Positions 1 through 8,904 of a stretch of DNA of 64,000 nucleotides are shown piece after piece. Position 1 is the first letter of the stretch. The number at the start of each line of letters is the position of its first letter. The stretch spans positions 110,314 to 174,313 of the IMG/VR virus record IMGVR_UViG_3300045988_181536. One strand, 5' to 3'. The notes under the pieces are model-generated. The model searched no databases. It worked only from the letters and a program-made list of their open reading frames with translations, and was not told the origin of the DNA. Source of the DNA: a virus. The translations under genes and the position numbers were made by a program.

Positions 1-15
1 AATAGTAATGCTTAC

Positions 16-606
16 ATGATAATACAATTTTTAAGCAACCTGTATAAAAGGATAGAACCTTACAGGGCTAATGCACGTGAGCTTGTAAGAAAGTTGTTTA
101 AGGAAATTTGTGCGCGTATATATAAACCATTTACAGATCAAGAGCTTGAAGATTTAAATGCAAAAACTAAATTTAAATTTCAAGACTCCTCTATATGGAG
201 ATATATAACACGTGAAAATACAGATATTGACGTAGATAAGTGTAAACTATTTACAACAGATTATTCTTTAGAAGAATATTTTAATAAGTATACATTTAAC
301 TATAGTAGCTATGAATATTTAAACAGTTTGAAAGATTATGTAGATCTTGATCCTGAGAAAATGGAGCAAGTATTTGAAGAAAGTATTGAATGTGTTGTAA
401 GAAATTGTTTATTCTATAAAGGTGATTATGAAGTGAAAAGATTTATGCCAAGACAGATTTTAGAATTTGAAGATCTAATTTTTGGCAAAGATTTTTACTT
501 AATTGAAACAAACGATAAACATTATAATTTCTTGCTAAGAATTTGTAATAACTATTCATATAAAAGTATTACTGTAGAAGTTTTAAAGTTATTTAAAAAA
601 TCTTAA
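16..606 (+). CDS. hypothetical protein
   Basis: Complete 196-aa ORF at the window start; no recognisable motif. Confidence 0.3.
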   Translation: MIIQFLSNLYKRIEPYRANARELVRKLFKEICARIYKPFTDQELEDLNAKTKFKFQDSSIWRYITRENTDIDVDKCKLFTTDYSLEEYFNKYTFNYSSYEYLNSLKDYVDLDPEKMEQVFEESIECVVRNCLFYKGDYEVKRFMPRQILEFEDLIFGKDFYLIETNDKHYNFLLRICNNYSYKSITVEVLKLFKKS

Positions 607-671
607 TTTTAAAAATTGACAAGTCTAAGCTATTTCTAAAGAAATATTTAAATTTTAAAAATAGCTTAAAA

Positions 672-1019
672 GTGAAAAAGATTGATATTTTAAAAAAAAT
701 TAAACAACAAACATCTAATGCTAATATACAAAAGCAAGGTGTAGTCGATAATTTACATACGCAAATCCGATTTAATCCATCTCAAATTAAATCCAAGACC
801 GTAACTGTAGAAGAAATTAAAAATACCCCTTTGTTAAAGGCGTATTATCAAGATACACTTGGACTTGATACAGATGACCAAATCATAGACATTGATATCT
901 TTAAAGTCAAAAATGGTCGAACAATCATTTACTTCGGAATCAATTCCGAATTTTTGGACAAAAAAGGTATTAATGTGTTGACAACCCCAATCGGGGATGC
1001 TGTATTGATCGACACTTAA
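672..1019 (+). CDS. hypothetical protein (GTG start as listed)
   Basis: 115-aa ORF ending 3 nt before the tRNA; no motif recognised. Confidence 0.25.
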   Translation: MKKIDILKKIKQQTSNANIQKQGVVDNLHTQIRFNPSQIKSKTVTVEEIKNTPLLKAYYQDTLGLDTDDQIIDIDIFKVKNGRTIIYFGINSEFLDKKGINVLTTPIGDAVLIDT

Positions 1020-1022
1020 TAA

Positions 1023-1094
1023 TCCCAGGTAGCTCAGCGGTAGAGCGGACGACTGTTAATCGTTTGGTCGATGGTTCAATCCCATCTCTGGGAG
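1023..1094 (+). tRNA. tRNA-Asn (anticodon GTT)
   Basis: 72-nt cloverleaf read by eye. Acceptor stem tcccagg/tctggga, D-arm tagctcagcggtagagc, anticodon loop ctGTTaa, T-arm gatgg-ttcaatc-ccatc. Confidence 0.8.
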
Positions 1095-1099
1095 TAGAT

Positions 1100-1490
1100 T
1101 TTTGTTCTTTTGCAATTTCTCGGACAATGGGCGTTTTAGGGATAGCGACCCTACCCCTGCCTATAGGGGAATGATAATAACTATCAGTGAAAACGCGAGT
1201 AGCTATCGTAGGAGGGACGTATGAATGTTCCCTTGAAATATGAAACTGATGCCCGATACCGGCGAGTCATGGCTTATCGATAGCGCCTTGGCTTCGTTTT
1301 GCGGTTGAGAATAGGCGTCCGAGCCCTTTTTTAGATCGACATAATTGTTTCCAAAAGTTGAGAGTTCTGATTCCCATAGCGCATAGAGTGTCTATGCGCT
1401 ATTTTATTGTCCAAAAACAAGTTAAGATTCAAGGTTTAAAAGTCCTTTTCATTAAGGACTCCTTGAATCGCCTTGTTTTTACTTTAATAT
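1100..1490 (+). other. GC-rich structured non-coding region (candidate ncRNA or terminator cluster)
   Basis: No ORF over about 400 bp. Local GC is clearly above the flanks. Several stable hairpins (cccct-gcctat-agggg; aggga..tccct; gcgcataga-gtg-tctatgcgc; gtcctt-ttcatt-aaggac), some followed by T-runs. Confidence 0.3.
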
Positions 1491-1535
1491 TTATTCTTAT
1501 TTTTTTTAGATATAACATTTAAACCCTTAGAAATT

Positions 1536-1760
1536 ATGTATAAAAGCTCACCATTTATCTTGAACCTTCAAGCCACATTAATTGATCCCTCTTTTTCCAA
1601 AGAAGCAAATATTGGAGAGTGTATCCGAATAATTGTAAACAAATGTAAAGAAAATGAAGAAATTGCTGAAGCTTGGGACTTTCTCCAAGATTATGCTAAA
1701 GCATTTAAAAAAGATAACCCTAACGCAAGTATTATGCTGGGAGATATATTTGAAATCTAA
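1536..1760 (+). CDS. hypothetical protein
   Basis: 74-aa ORF. Confidence 0.3.
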   Translation: MYKSSPFILNLQATLIDPSFSKEANIGECIRIIVNKCKENEEIAEAWDFLQDYAKAFKKDNPNASIMLGDIFEI

Positions 1761-1775
1761 AAATAATCTACCACA

Positions 1776-2327
1776 ATGTCGGCAAGTTTAGAAGATATCA
1801 GACAATATTTTATTAAACGTCAACGTGAGCGCAATAAATTTTACAAATTATTGCCTAAGTTTGATCAAATAGAAGTTTGGCAAAAACTTGCCGATAATTG
1901 CAAAAAACTGGATGTAACGGAAAAGTTTTATATAGATTTTGTTTTTGATGAACTTGCTAATGCAAGACAAACGATTTTTCCAAAAACACTTTTAAATTCA
2001 AAAATCATTGGAAAAATTAAAATTTATCAAGAAACCATCGGAAAACAAATACAACTAACCGCAAAAGAATATGTTGATCAAGAATTTCAAAAAGCTTTTT
2101 CGGCTATTAAAAATTTTCTGCAAACGCATCCAGGATCATCACATTTAACGGTCTTACGCATGGCGGGATTTCAAATTCCTGCATGGCTAAGACTATCTTT
2201 AGCTCCTACAGACCCTAAAGTATACACGCATTATATAGCGGAAGCGAGAAAAGAGCTTGCAAATATCAAAGGTCTAAAGGAAGCTATCGAAGCTACAAAG
2301 GGATTATTAAACACCTCATGGATTTAA
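1776..2327 (+). CDS. hypothetical protein
   Basis: 183-aa ORF whose end overlaps the helicase start by 10 nt, which suggests an operon. Confidence 0.35.
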   Translation: MSASLEDIRQYFIKRQRERNKFYKLLPKFDQIEVWQKLADNCKKLDVTEKFYIDFVFDELANARQTIFPKTLLNSKIIGKIKIYQETIGKQIQLTAKEYVDQEFQKAFSAIKNFLQTHPGSSHLTVLRMAGFQIPAWLRLSLAPTDPKVYTHYIAEARKELANIKGLKEAIEATKGLLNTSWI

Positions 2328-3886
2328 ACTCCCCAAAACCACAGCCAACTGAAACAAATGATGCAATTGCCGTTACAGAAAATCCGGCAATTAAAAGTTT
2401 GGTGCGTAGTAATACCAGAATGTTTGAGCAGTATTTAATGGCTGCAATGATTTTAAGTTATGATTTTTGGAGAGTTTACTGTAAGGACAGAATTAACGCT
2501 AGAATAAGCTCCCACAGATCATACGAAGATTTTAGTAAAAGCGTATATAACAATATTTATGACGGAATTTGCACGTTTTATAACACTTTATCCGACAAAA
2601 ACGACCCAAATAGTTCTTCAATTACCCAAGTCGATGTAAGCTTTGTTAATAGTCTTTTAAAAGACCAGATGTATCTGGGACAAATAAGTATTGAAGACAC
2701 GAAATTTGCCGAAGAAAGTTTAAATGAAATTGTCCAGTTAATTAACAATTCTGCCGGAAACAATGATGTTATTTTTAATTTTGCCAAATCCGGTTTTGCA
2801 TTTTGGCTGGAATTAAGACGAGTATCCCAGATAACTGAAAAGTCGTTTAATACAAAAATAACGGCTGATGAATTAATTAATAAACTTAAATCAGCTACAG
2901 ATGGATTAGATGTAGATGATTCTACGTTTATGTCGTTTAATGACGCCGTGGACTTTGAAGACGTAGATAATGGCGGTTATCGTATGCCCGTGGCTACATT
3001 GCCTATTTTTACAAGAGTATTAGCCGGAGGATTAAAGAAAGGCGAAACTGGCATTGTTGCGTCACTGCCTTCGGGAGGAAAAACAGTTTTTGCATGTCAG
3101 CTTGCCGTTGGGTTGGCCTTAAATGCTTTTAAGGTATTATTTATTTCAACTGAGCAACATGCTGTTAATCTCGTGCCGAGATGTGTTAGTCTTAGCACAA
3201 ATATACCTTTTAGTTTAATAAATGATGGCATTAAACATGCTGTTAAAAATAGCAAATTAAATGACCAACAAATAACCGAAATAAAGGAGTTTACACAGTT
3301 AGTGCAACCTTATCTTTATTTTGAAAATTGGGGATTAAAGGGTAATAAGATAACAAGCAGTTTAGAACATGCCATTGAAAAATTTATAGAAGTTAATGGC
3401 AGTTTGGATGTTGTTATTATTGACTGGATAGGCGGTGGCATTGAAAAACCTCCGGAAGATCGCGCCAAAAAGCACGAGTATTATGACTATACCATGAAAT
3501 ACATTTGCAAGGTTATGAAACAAAAACATCTTGCAGGAGTGGTTATGGCACAGGTTAATCCTAAACAAGCGGAAAATGTCGCAATGATTACCATTAACGA
3601 ACTGGCCGATTGTAAAACACTAGACCAAGATGCTTCTTGGGCATTGGGTATCTCGCGTTTAGAGAATCCTAAAACTCGTGTATCAAATCAAATCCAAGCT
3701 TCGTATAAAACGCAACAAACGTTTAACTTTTGGAAAAACCGATTGTCTCCGCCGTATCATTATCCCGTGCTTCGTGATTTTGCTTATCAAAGATTTGCGG
3801 AAAAAGAACAAGCAAGTCCTATGACAAATGTGGCGACCAAGGTTGAACTTGGCAGTATGGATACATTAAACATTAAGCCAATTTAA
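2318..3886 (+). CDS. DnaB-like replicative helicase
   Basis: C-terminal RecA-fold helicase motifs in DnaB order: Walker A ASLPSGGKTVFACQLAVGLA (H1), VLFISTEQ (H1a), VVIIDWIGGG (H3), AGVVMAQVNPK (H4). Confidence 0.6.
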   Translation: MDLNSPKPQPTETNDAIAVTENPAIKSLVRSNTRMFEQYLMAAMILSYDFWRVYCKDRINARISSHRSYEDFSKSVYNNIYDGICTFYNTLSDKNDPNSSSITQVDVSFVNSLLKDQMYLGQISIEDTKFAEESLNEIVQLINNSAGNNDVIFNFAKSGFAFWLELRRVSQITEKSFNTKITADELINKLKSATDGLDVDDSTFMSFNDAVDFEDVDNGGYRMPVATLPIFTRVLAGGLKKGETGIVASLPSGGKTVFACQLAVGLALNAFKVLFISTEQHAVNLVPRCVSLSTNIPFSLINDGIKHAVKNSKLNDQQITEIKEFTQLVQPYLYFENWGLKGNKITSSLEHAIEKFIEVNGSLDVVIIDWIGGGIEKPPEDRAKKHEYYDYTMKYICKVMKQKHLAGVVMAQVNPKQAENVAMITINELADCKTLDQDASWALGISRLENPKTRVSNQIQASYKTQQTFNFWKNRLSPPYHYPVLRDFAYQRFAEKEQASPMTNVATKVELGSMDTLNIKPI

Positions 3887-3908
3887 GTATACAATATTTT
3901 AAGGATTA

Positions 3909-3944
3909 TTAACCGCTCACCATATAAACTGGTGAGCGGTTTTA
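3909..3944. terminator. bidirectional rho-independent terminator between convergent genes
   Basis: Perfect 11-bp stem aaccgctcacc/ggtgagcggtt, loop atataaact, flanked by A/T on both sides. Confidence 0.6.
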
Positions 3945-3955
3945 ACTTAAAAATC

Positions 3956-6271
3956 TCAGAATACAAAGGCTTTCCTTATTTCATCCATCAAGTTATTATG
4001 GTTTTCCCTAATGGTATTTGCGCATACCTGAAGATAAGCGGGATACCACTTAATGTTGGATGTGCCCTTTGATACAACATTTTTCATCCAAGAAGTAAAG
4101 TATCCTATAAAAGATACGTGGTCAATTGCATTCTTGAAATCCTTAAAGCAATCGGCATATAAGCTGCCTTTTCCGGTGCCGAAGGTTTTATGTACAGCCA
4201 AAGCTACAGCTTCAAAGATTTGTTGAATATAGGGCGTTTTGTCACAATGACCTTCAGCCATTTCAGTAAACAATATTTGCAGAATATTTGACAAATGGTC
4301 ATAAATCGCAGCTTTATCTTTGCAACGGAAACCTAAGAAACGGGTATTTATAGGTCCTTGATAAAGCGGATGACCTTGATAATCCGGCAGATCATTCTCT
4401 ACAGGCATATTGTTAATATACTCCACAACCTTTGGAGGCAGCTGATCTAAATTTCGCAGAAGACGCAGTGACTGCATGCTGTGAATTAAGCGCTTGGGGA
4501 ACAACGCCCTGCTTTCATGACCGAATAAGTCGCAAATCCTAAGTTTCTCTTCCATAGGAATGCTGTTATATTTTTCATGTCTGCAAAGATAAGAGCACAT
4601 GCTCCTATGCCACCAGTTAGGCATAACATCCGCCTTTACATTCGGATTTTTATTTAACTGATCCGCGTGTAAAATCTTTTGATAATCATTTATAAATTCA
4701 TCCAACAAAGACTTAGGTTCAGGAATAGATCCAGGGAACAAAGCGTCCTCTGCCATAATAACTTCAAGCGTAGGACGGAAACGCTGTACTTTGCCTATGC
4801 TGCGAACATTTTTCCGAAGTTCTTTAAGTTCTTCAATGGCCTCATTTAAATCTATTTCATATTCGCTTTTATTTATTCCAGTCCAAGCATTTCCTGGCTG
4901 AATAGGAAATACCTTTTCAGGTTCTTGATTTAACCTTGCGGCCTTTTCTGCAATTGCCTTCTGCCTTTGTTCGAAAATGGTTATGCTGTAATCTATTGCT
5001 TCCTGAATGTCTTTAATATGGTTGCTGCGACGTTCCAGAGATTTAAAAAACCTAAACGGAGCCAAATAAACCGCATGCAAAGATTCGCTTAAAAATCTAT
5101 AACTCATCACTGAAGAGAATTGTTTTTCAGGACGAATATATTTTCCAAGATAACGCTTGCTTATGGACTTAAGATCCTTTTGAAATCTTTCCCATTTGCG
5201 GCATTTATCCGCTTGAATTGTATCCTCTAAAGATTCTGTGCCCTGGGGCTTGGCTGGAGGAGACCATTTGAGGGCTTTTCTGTCCACCTCCATATAGTCT
5301 ATTATGGTTTTATTGGAATCATTTCCTGTATGTGCGCTGCAAGCAACTCTAAGTTCATTCAACATCTTCCAATAGCTTTTTTTGCAGAATCTGCCACCCA
5401 TAGAATTGATAAGATTCTTAAGATAAAGAATATTGGGAAGATGATGCTGTATATCACCTTCTCGCTTACGTTCTAAATCAAGATAAAGCGAATGATAAAA
5501 CTTGGTTCCGTGAAGCTTATTGGATATGAACTTGAAATTCATCATTACCGCCATATTCGGATTTGACGGGCAATAATCCAAAGACATGTCTAAGAGATGA
5601 AGCGCATGTGTATCTGCCAAGGAGCAATGATTGTAATTGGCATATTGTATGCGCTTTAATTGAGGATTATAACCTGCAAAAAACTTAACAGACTTAAGCC
5701 CCCTTTCTGGAACATTGCAACGACGATCAGATAAAGTCCAGCCGTAACCGTTGGTGGCTTTAGGGTTTTTTTCAGCCCATTCCTTCTCAAGCTGTGCTCT
5801 TTTCTGAGCACGTTCCTTTGCCTGTTGCTCCTTTTTTAAGGCTGCTTCTTTTTCCAGCTTTTCCTTTTTTAAAGCCTCTTCCTTGGCCTTTCTTCTCTCT
5901 GCAAGCATCTGTTGATAGATTGCTCTGCCTTTTGCAATAGCTTGTCTTCTACGCTCTCTGTCTTCTTCGGAGATATTTAAAGGCTTAGTGACTTTGTAAC
6001 CCTTGGGGCGTCGAAAACGATATTTGTCCAACTTGGCTTTAGCTAATTCTAAAACTTTTTCTGAAACCGTATATTTCCTCTTGCCAGTTTTCGTGGCTCT
6101 ATCTGCAGCCACTAAATTCATGCAACATTGTACTAAAGTTTTTTGATTTGCTTTAAGCTTATCTTGATCCAAACGTCCAGTTCCACCCCCGCGAGCTCTG
6201 TGCACCTTCTCGTTCAGGATGCTCTTAGACATATCGCAGTATTCTTCTGTATTACCAATAGTTGTTGCCAT
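3956..6271 (-). CDS. large hypothetical protein with a Lys/Glu-rich coiled-coil segment
   Basis: 771-aa ORF and the only long minus-strand gene. Contains KAKEEALKKEKLEKEAALKKEQQAKERAQKRAQLEKE low-complexity coiled coil. Confidence 0.45.
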   Translation of the reverse strand: MATTIGNTEEYCDMSKSILNEKVHRARGGGTGRLDQDKLKANQKTLVQCCMNLVAADRATKTGKRKYTVSEKVLELAKAKLDKYRFRRPKGYKVTKPLNISEEDRERRRQAIAKGRAIYQQMLAERRKAKEEALKKEKLEKEAALKKEQQAKERAQKRAQLEKEWAEKNPKATNGYGWTLSDRRCNVPERGLKSVKFFAGYNPQLKRIQYANYNHCSLADTHALHLLDMSLDYCPSNPNMAVMMNFKFISNKLHGTKFYHSLYLDLERKREGDIQHHLPNILYLKNLINSMGGRFCKKSYWKMLNELRVACSAHTGNDSNKTIIDYMEVDRKALKWSPPAKPQGTESLEDTIQADKCRKWERFQKDLKSISKRYLGKYIRPEKQFSSVMSYRFLSESLHAVYLAPFRFFKSLERRSNHIKDIQEAIDYSITIFEQRQKAIAEKAARLNQEPEKVFPIQPGNAWTGINKSEYEIDLNEAIEELKELRKNVRSIGKVQRFRPTLEVIMAEDALFPGSIPEPKSLLDEFINDYQKILHADQLNKNPNVKADVMPNWWHRSMCSYLCRHEKYNSIPMEEKLRICDLFGHESRALFPKRLIHSMQSLRLLRNLDQLPPKVVEYINNMPVENDLPDYQGHPLYQGPINTRFLGFRCKDKAAIYDHLSNILQILFTEMAEGHCDKTPYIQQIFEAVALAVHKTFGTGKGSLYADCFKDFKNAIDHVSFIGYFTSWMKNVVSKGTSNIKWYPAYLQVCANTIRENHNNLMDEIRKAFVF

Positions 6272-7498
6272 AATCGTTGTTTTAAATTTTTCGTTATCTT
6301 TTCAAATTTTTATTATCCAATCAAGAAAAATTTTCTTAAAACCTGTAAAATTTTTAATAAGTATATAAAAATTAATGAGTTAAAGTTAAAATTTTTCTGA
6401 TTCATGGTTGTTTATGTTGAATTTTAGGATTAGTGTGCCTTATTGGAAGAACCTATTACTATTTCTGAATAGCTAATCGGCCAACTTTTTGGTTAACATG
6501 GCGAGAGCGTAGCCCTCGCCTACACTCTGCATGTTAAATGTTAAAGATGCTTTAATGTTACAAATTAAAAGTCAAACATTAAAGATAAAAAAGTTGGCCT
6601 TTACGAACCTCTCATGTTCATGCCATCGGTCAACGCCCGATGTCACTTTTTCCGTTACTAAGATCTTGCGCCCCTACGGGGCGCTGGCGGAACCCCTGTA
6701 ACTCCGCAATTTTTACGAAAATTGGCGCGAAAAACTGTTTAAATTCTCCAAAATTACATAGGAAAAAATGTGTCATTGCTAAAAATTGCAGTGCATTTGC
6801 CCGCTGTAAATAGACTAAAAAATAGCCAAATGATCAAAACGGAAATCTGGAACAATAGCTATATGCAGGAAAAAATGGGCTTAGAATCTTTTTTAAATTT
6901 AAAGGTATATAAATATATAGCCTAAAAGCTAAAAATCATTTTTAAGGGCGTTTATTCGCGTTTTTTAATTTTATCGCTGGGTCAGAACTAAATCCCTAAA
7001 AGCTGTATTAAGGGAGATTGCGTTATATCAAAAGTCGCCATGATAGCTATTATAAAAACGCTAAGTCTATTATACTGTGAAAATAAGCCCTAATTTCCCT
7101 TCCCCTGCACCCCTACCTTTGAATGAATATATTTTTATCTTCGAATTAACATTCTCGATAAAAAGCTTTTTATATTCTATCTGCATAAATGCATCTAGCA
7201 TATAAAAAGAAAAATTATTAACATAATTTTTTCTACCTATTACTATTTCTGAATAGCAAAATAGTATTACCTTCGGAACTGCGTTCCTGCGGTAATACTA
7301 TTTATTTTCTTTTTTAAAGGTGTTAAAATTTAAAGAGAAGAATCTTAAAAGAATTAGAGAAAAAATAACCAAAATTTAAAATGACAATAAAACACCATAC
7401 AATAATCCTAAATTAAAAAGCGATTATTGCATATCCATTAAGTAAAATTTTTTAAATAAAAAAAAAACAAACCATGTGTAAGTGTCAATAGAAATTTC
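6272..7498. promoter_or_regulatory. 1.2-kb divergent intergenic region with a 23-bp direct repeat pair and GC-rich hairpins (candidate promoter hub or origin)
   Basis: No ORF. Perfect 23-nt repeat acctattactatttctgaatagc at 6451-6473 and 7235-7257, each followed by a GC-rich stem-loop. Also gcgcccctacggggcgc hairpin at about 6665-6685, the ggccaacttttt/aaaaagttggcc long-range pair at 6479-6599, and AT-rich tracts. Confidence 0.3.
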
Positions 7499-7540
7499 TT
7501 GATTAGTAAATCAATCCCATGCTTCAATCTATATCCCACA

Positions 7541-8869
7541 ATGAGCACAGCTAAAACCTACATACTTGATGACAGATTATTAAAAATAGATCTGTCCGCT
7601 TTGGAAAAAACATGCACAGCATTGAATTTTAAGTTAAGTCAACAAATACAAAGATTAGTTACGCGATTGCTTACAGTACATTTTACAGGCAAGTTGCATG
7701 TCATAGATCATAACCATTTGGAATTATCATTGCCTGATCCAGAATTATTGCAGGATGATGGTCCTAAAGAGTTAATGTCCAAGCATCTTTATGTAAACTT
7801 ATCAAAATTTGCAGCAGAGGGTCATAATTGCGCTGCACGCTGTGTTAAAACCAATCGGTTTTATAATATAAAGGATTTGTTGGAAATGCGTCCCATAGGA
7901 TTAAGACATAAAGACAAGTCTTATAAATGGTATATAACTTGGGATCCGGATAAATTTTTAAAGAATTATAAAAATAAAGATTTATTGACCTCTTCTTTAG
8001 TATTTAATTCCGAAGATGCTTTAGAGAATAAATGGATTTCTCCCGGCACATGCATTCCACTAAATAAATTGCCTGTATCCCATCCTGCAGTCTCTTATTT
8101 AAATGACAGGGGTTATACAGATATGGATGCTCTTGTCCGCCAGTTTAACGCTTCGTTTTGCACTGAGGAAAACCCGCAACTTAAACATCTAAAATTCGGT
8201 AAGGATACTGAAGGCTATATAATTGACCCTTTTAAATTCTTTACCCCTCAAGGGTGTATTATTTTTACCGCTTTTCAATTAGGCCAGCCTAAATTATGGC
8301 AAGCAAGAATTTTAGATAAAAAATTAGGCAATGATAAATTGCATTATATGCATTTTGTCAATGACCCATTTAAAAGAATAAGCGGGTATTATAAAGTAGC
8401 CGAAAAAGACGCTACAGGTAAATACATACCTTTACAGGGTGTGTCTGATTCCATTATAAAAAGAAAATATTATTTATCTCCAGGTTCTAAGGCCGGTAAT
8501 GTTTTGATGGGTTATGATGCCGCGAGAGAATTTAATTTATCCCGTCCGTCAGGGAAGAAAGTTATAGGGCTTTGTGAAGGCGTTTTAGATGCTGCCAGAA
8601 TGGGGCCGCCGTTTTGCGCTTATTTGGGAGGCGCTTTGTCCGTAGGACAGCTAAAATTAATTAGCAATGGCATGTTTGATAAAATAATTCTTGCCGTAGA
8701 CCATGATAAAGTCGGAAGCACTACGGCAGCTAAGTTGAGGCGTAGCATTTCTATGCTGGGAGGAATTGATATAGATGAATTAGACTATCCTTTGAAGTTT
8801 AAAGATTTAGGAGAAATAACCGACAATAACCTGATTTTAGACTTAAAAAAACAATACGATTTATCTTGA
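7541..8869 (+). CDS. TOPRIM-domain primase-like protein
   Basis: C-terminal Toprim signature: conserved Glu in VIGLCEGVLDAARMG and DxD in ILAVDHDKVG. The first ATG is taken at 7541; the ORF track extends to a TTG at 7499. Confidence 0.45.
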   Translation: MSTAKTYILDDRLLKIDLSALEKTCTALNFKLSQQIQRLVTRLLTVHFTGKLHVIDHNHLELSLPDPELLQDDGPKELMSKHLYVNLSKFAAEGHNCAARCVKTNRFYNIKDLLEMRPIGLRHKDKSYKWYITWDPDKFLKNYKNKDLLTSSLVFNSEDALENKWISPGTCIPLNKLPVSHPAVSYLNDRGYTDMDALVRQFNASFCTEENPQLKHLKFGKDTEGYIIDPFKFFTPQGCIIFTAFQLGQPKLWQARILDKKLGNDKLHYMHFVNDPFKRISGYYKVAEKDATGKYIPLQGVSDSIIKRKYYLSPGSKAGNVLMGYDAAREFNLSRPSGKKVIGLCEGVLDAARMGPPFCAYLGGALSVGQLKLISNGMFDKIILAVDHDKVGSTTAAKLRRSISMLGGIDIDELDYPLKFKDLGEITDNNLILDLKKQYDLS

Positions 8870-8904
8870 AAGTTAATTAAATATAAAGAATCTAAACCAA
8901 CACT

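Noticed and set aside
1100-1490. tmRNA downstream of the tRNA
   Set aside because: No tRNA-like acceptor/T-arm pair and no obvious tag-peptide reading frame ending in a resume/stop arrangement. Kept only as a generic structured non-coding region.
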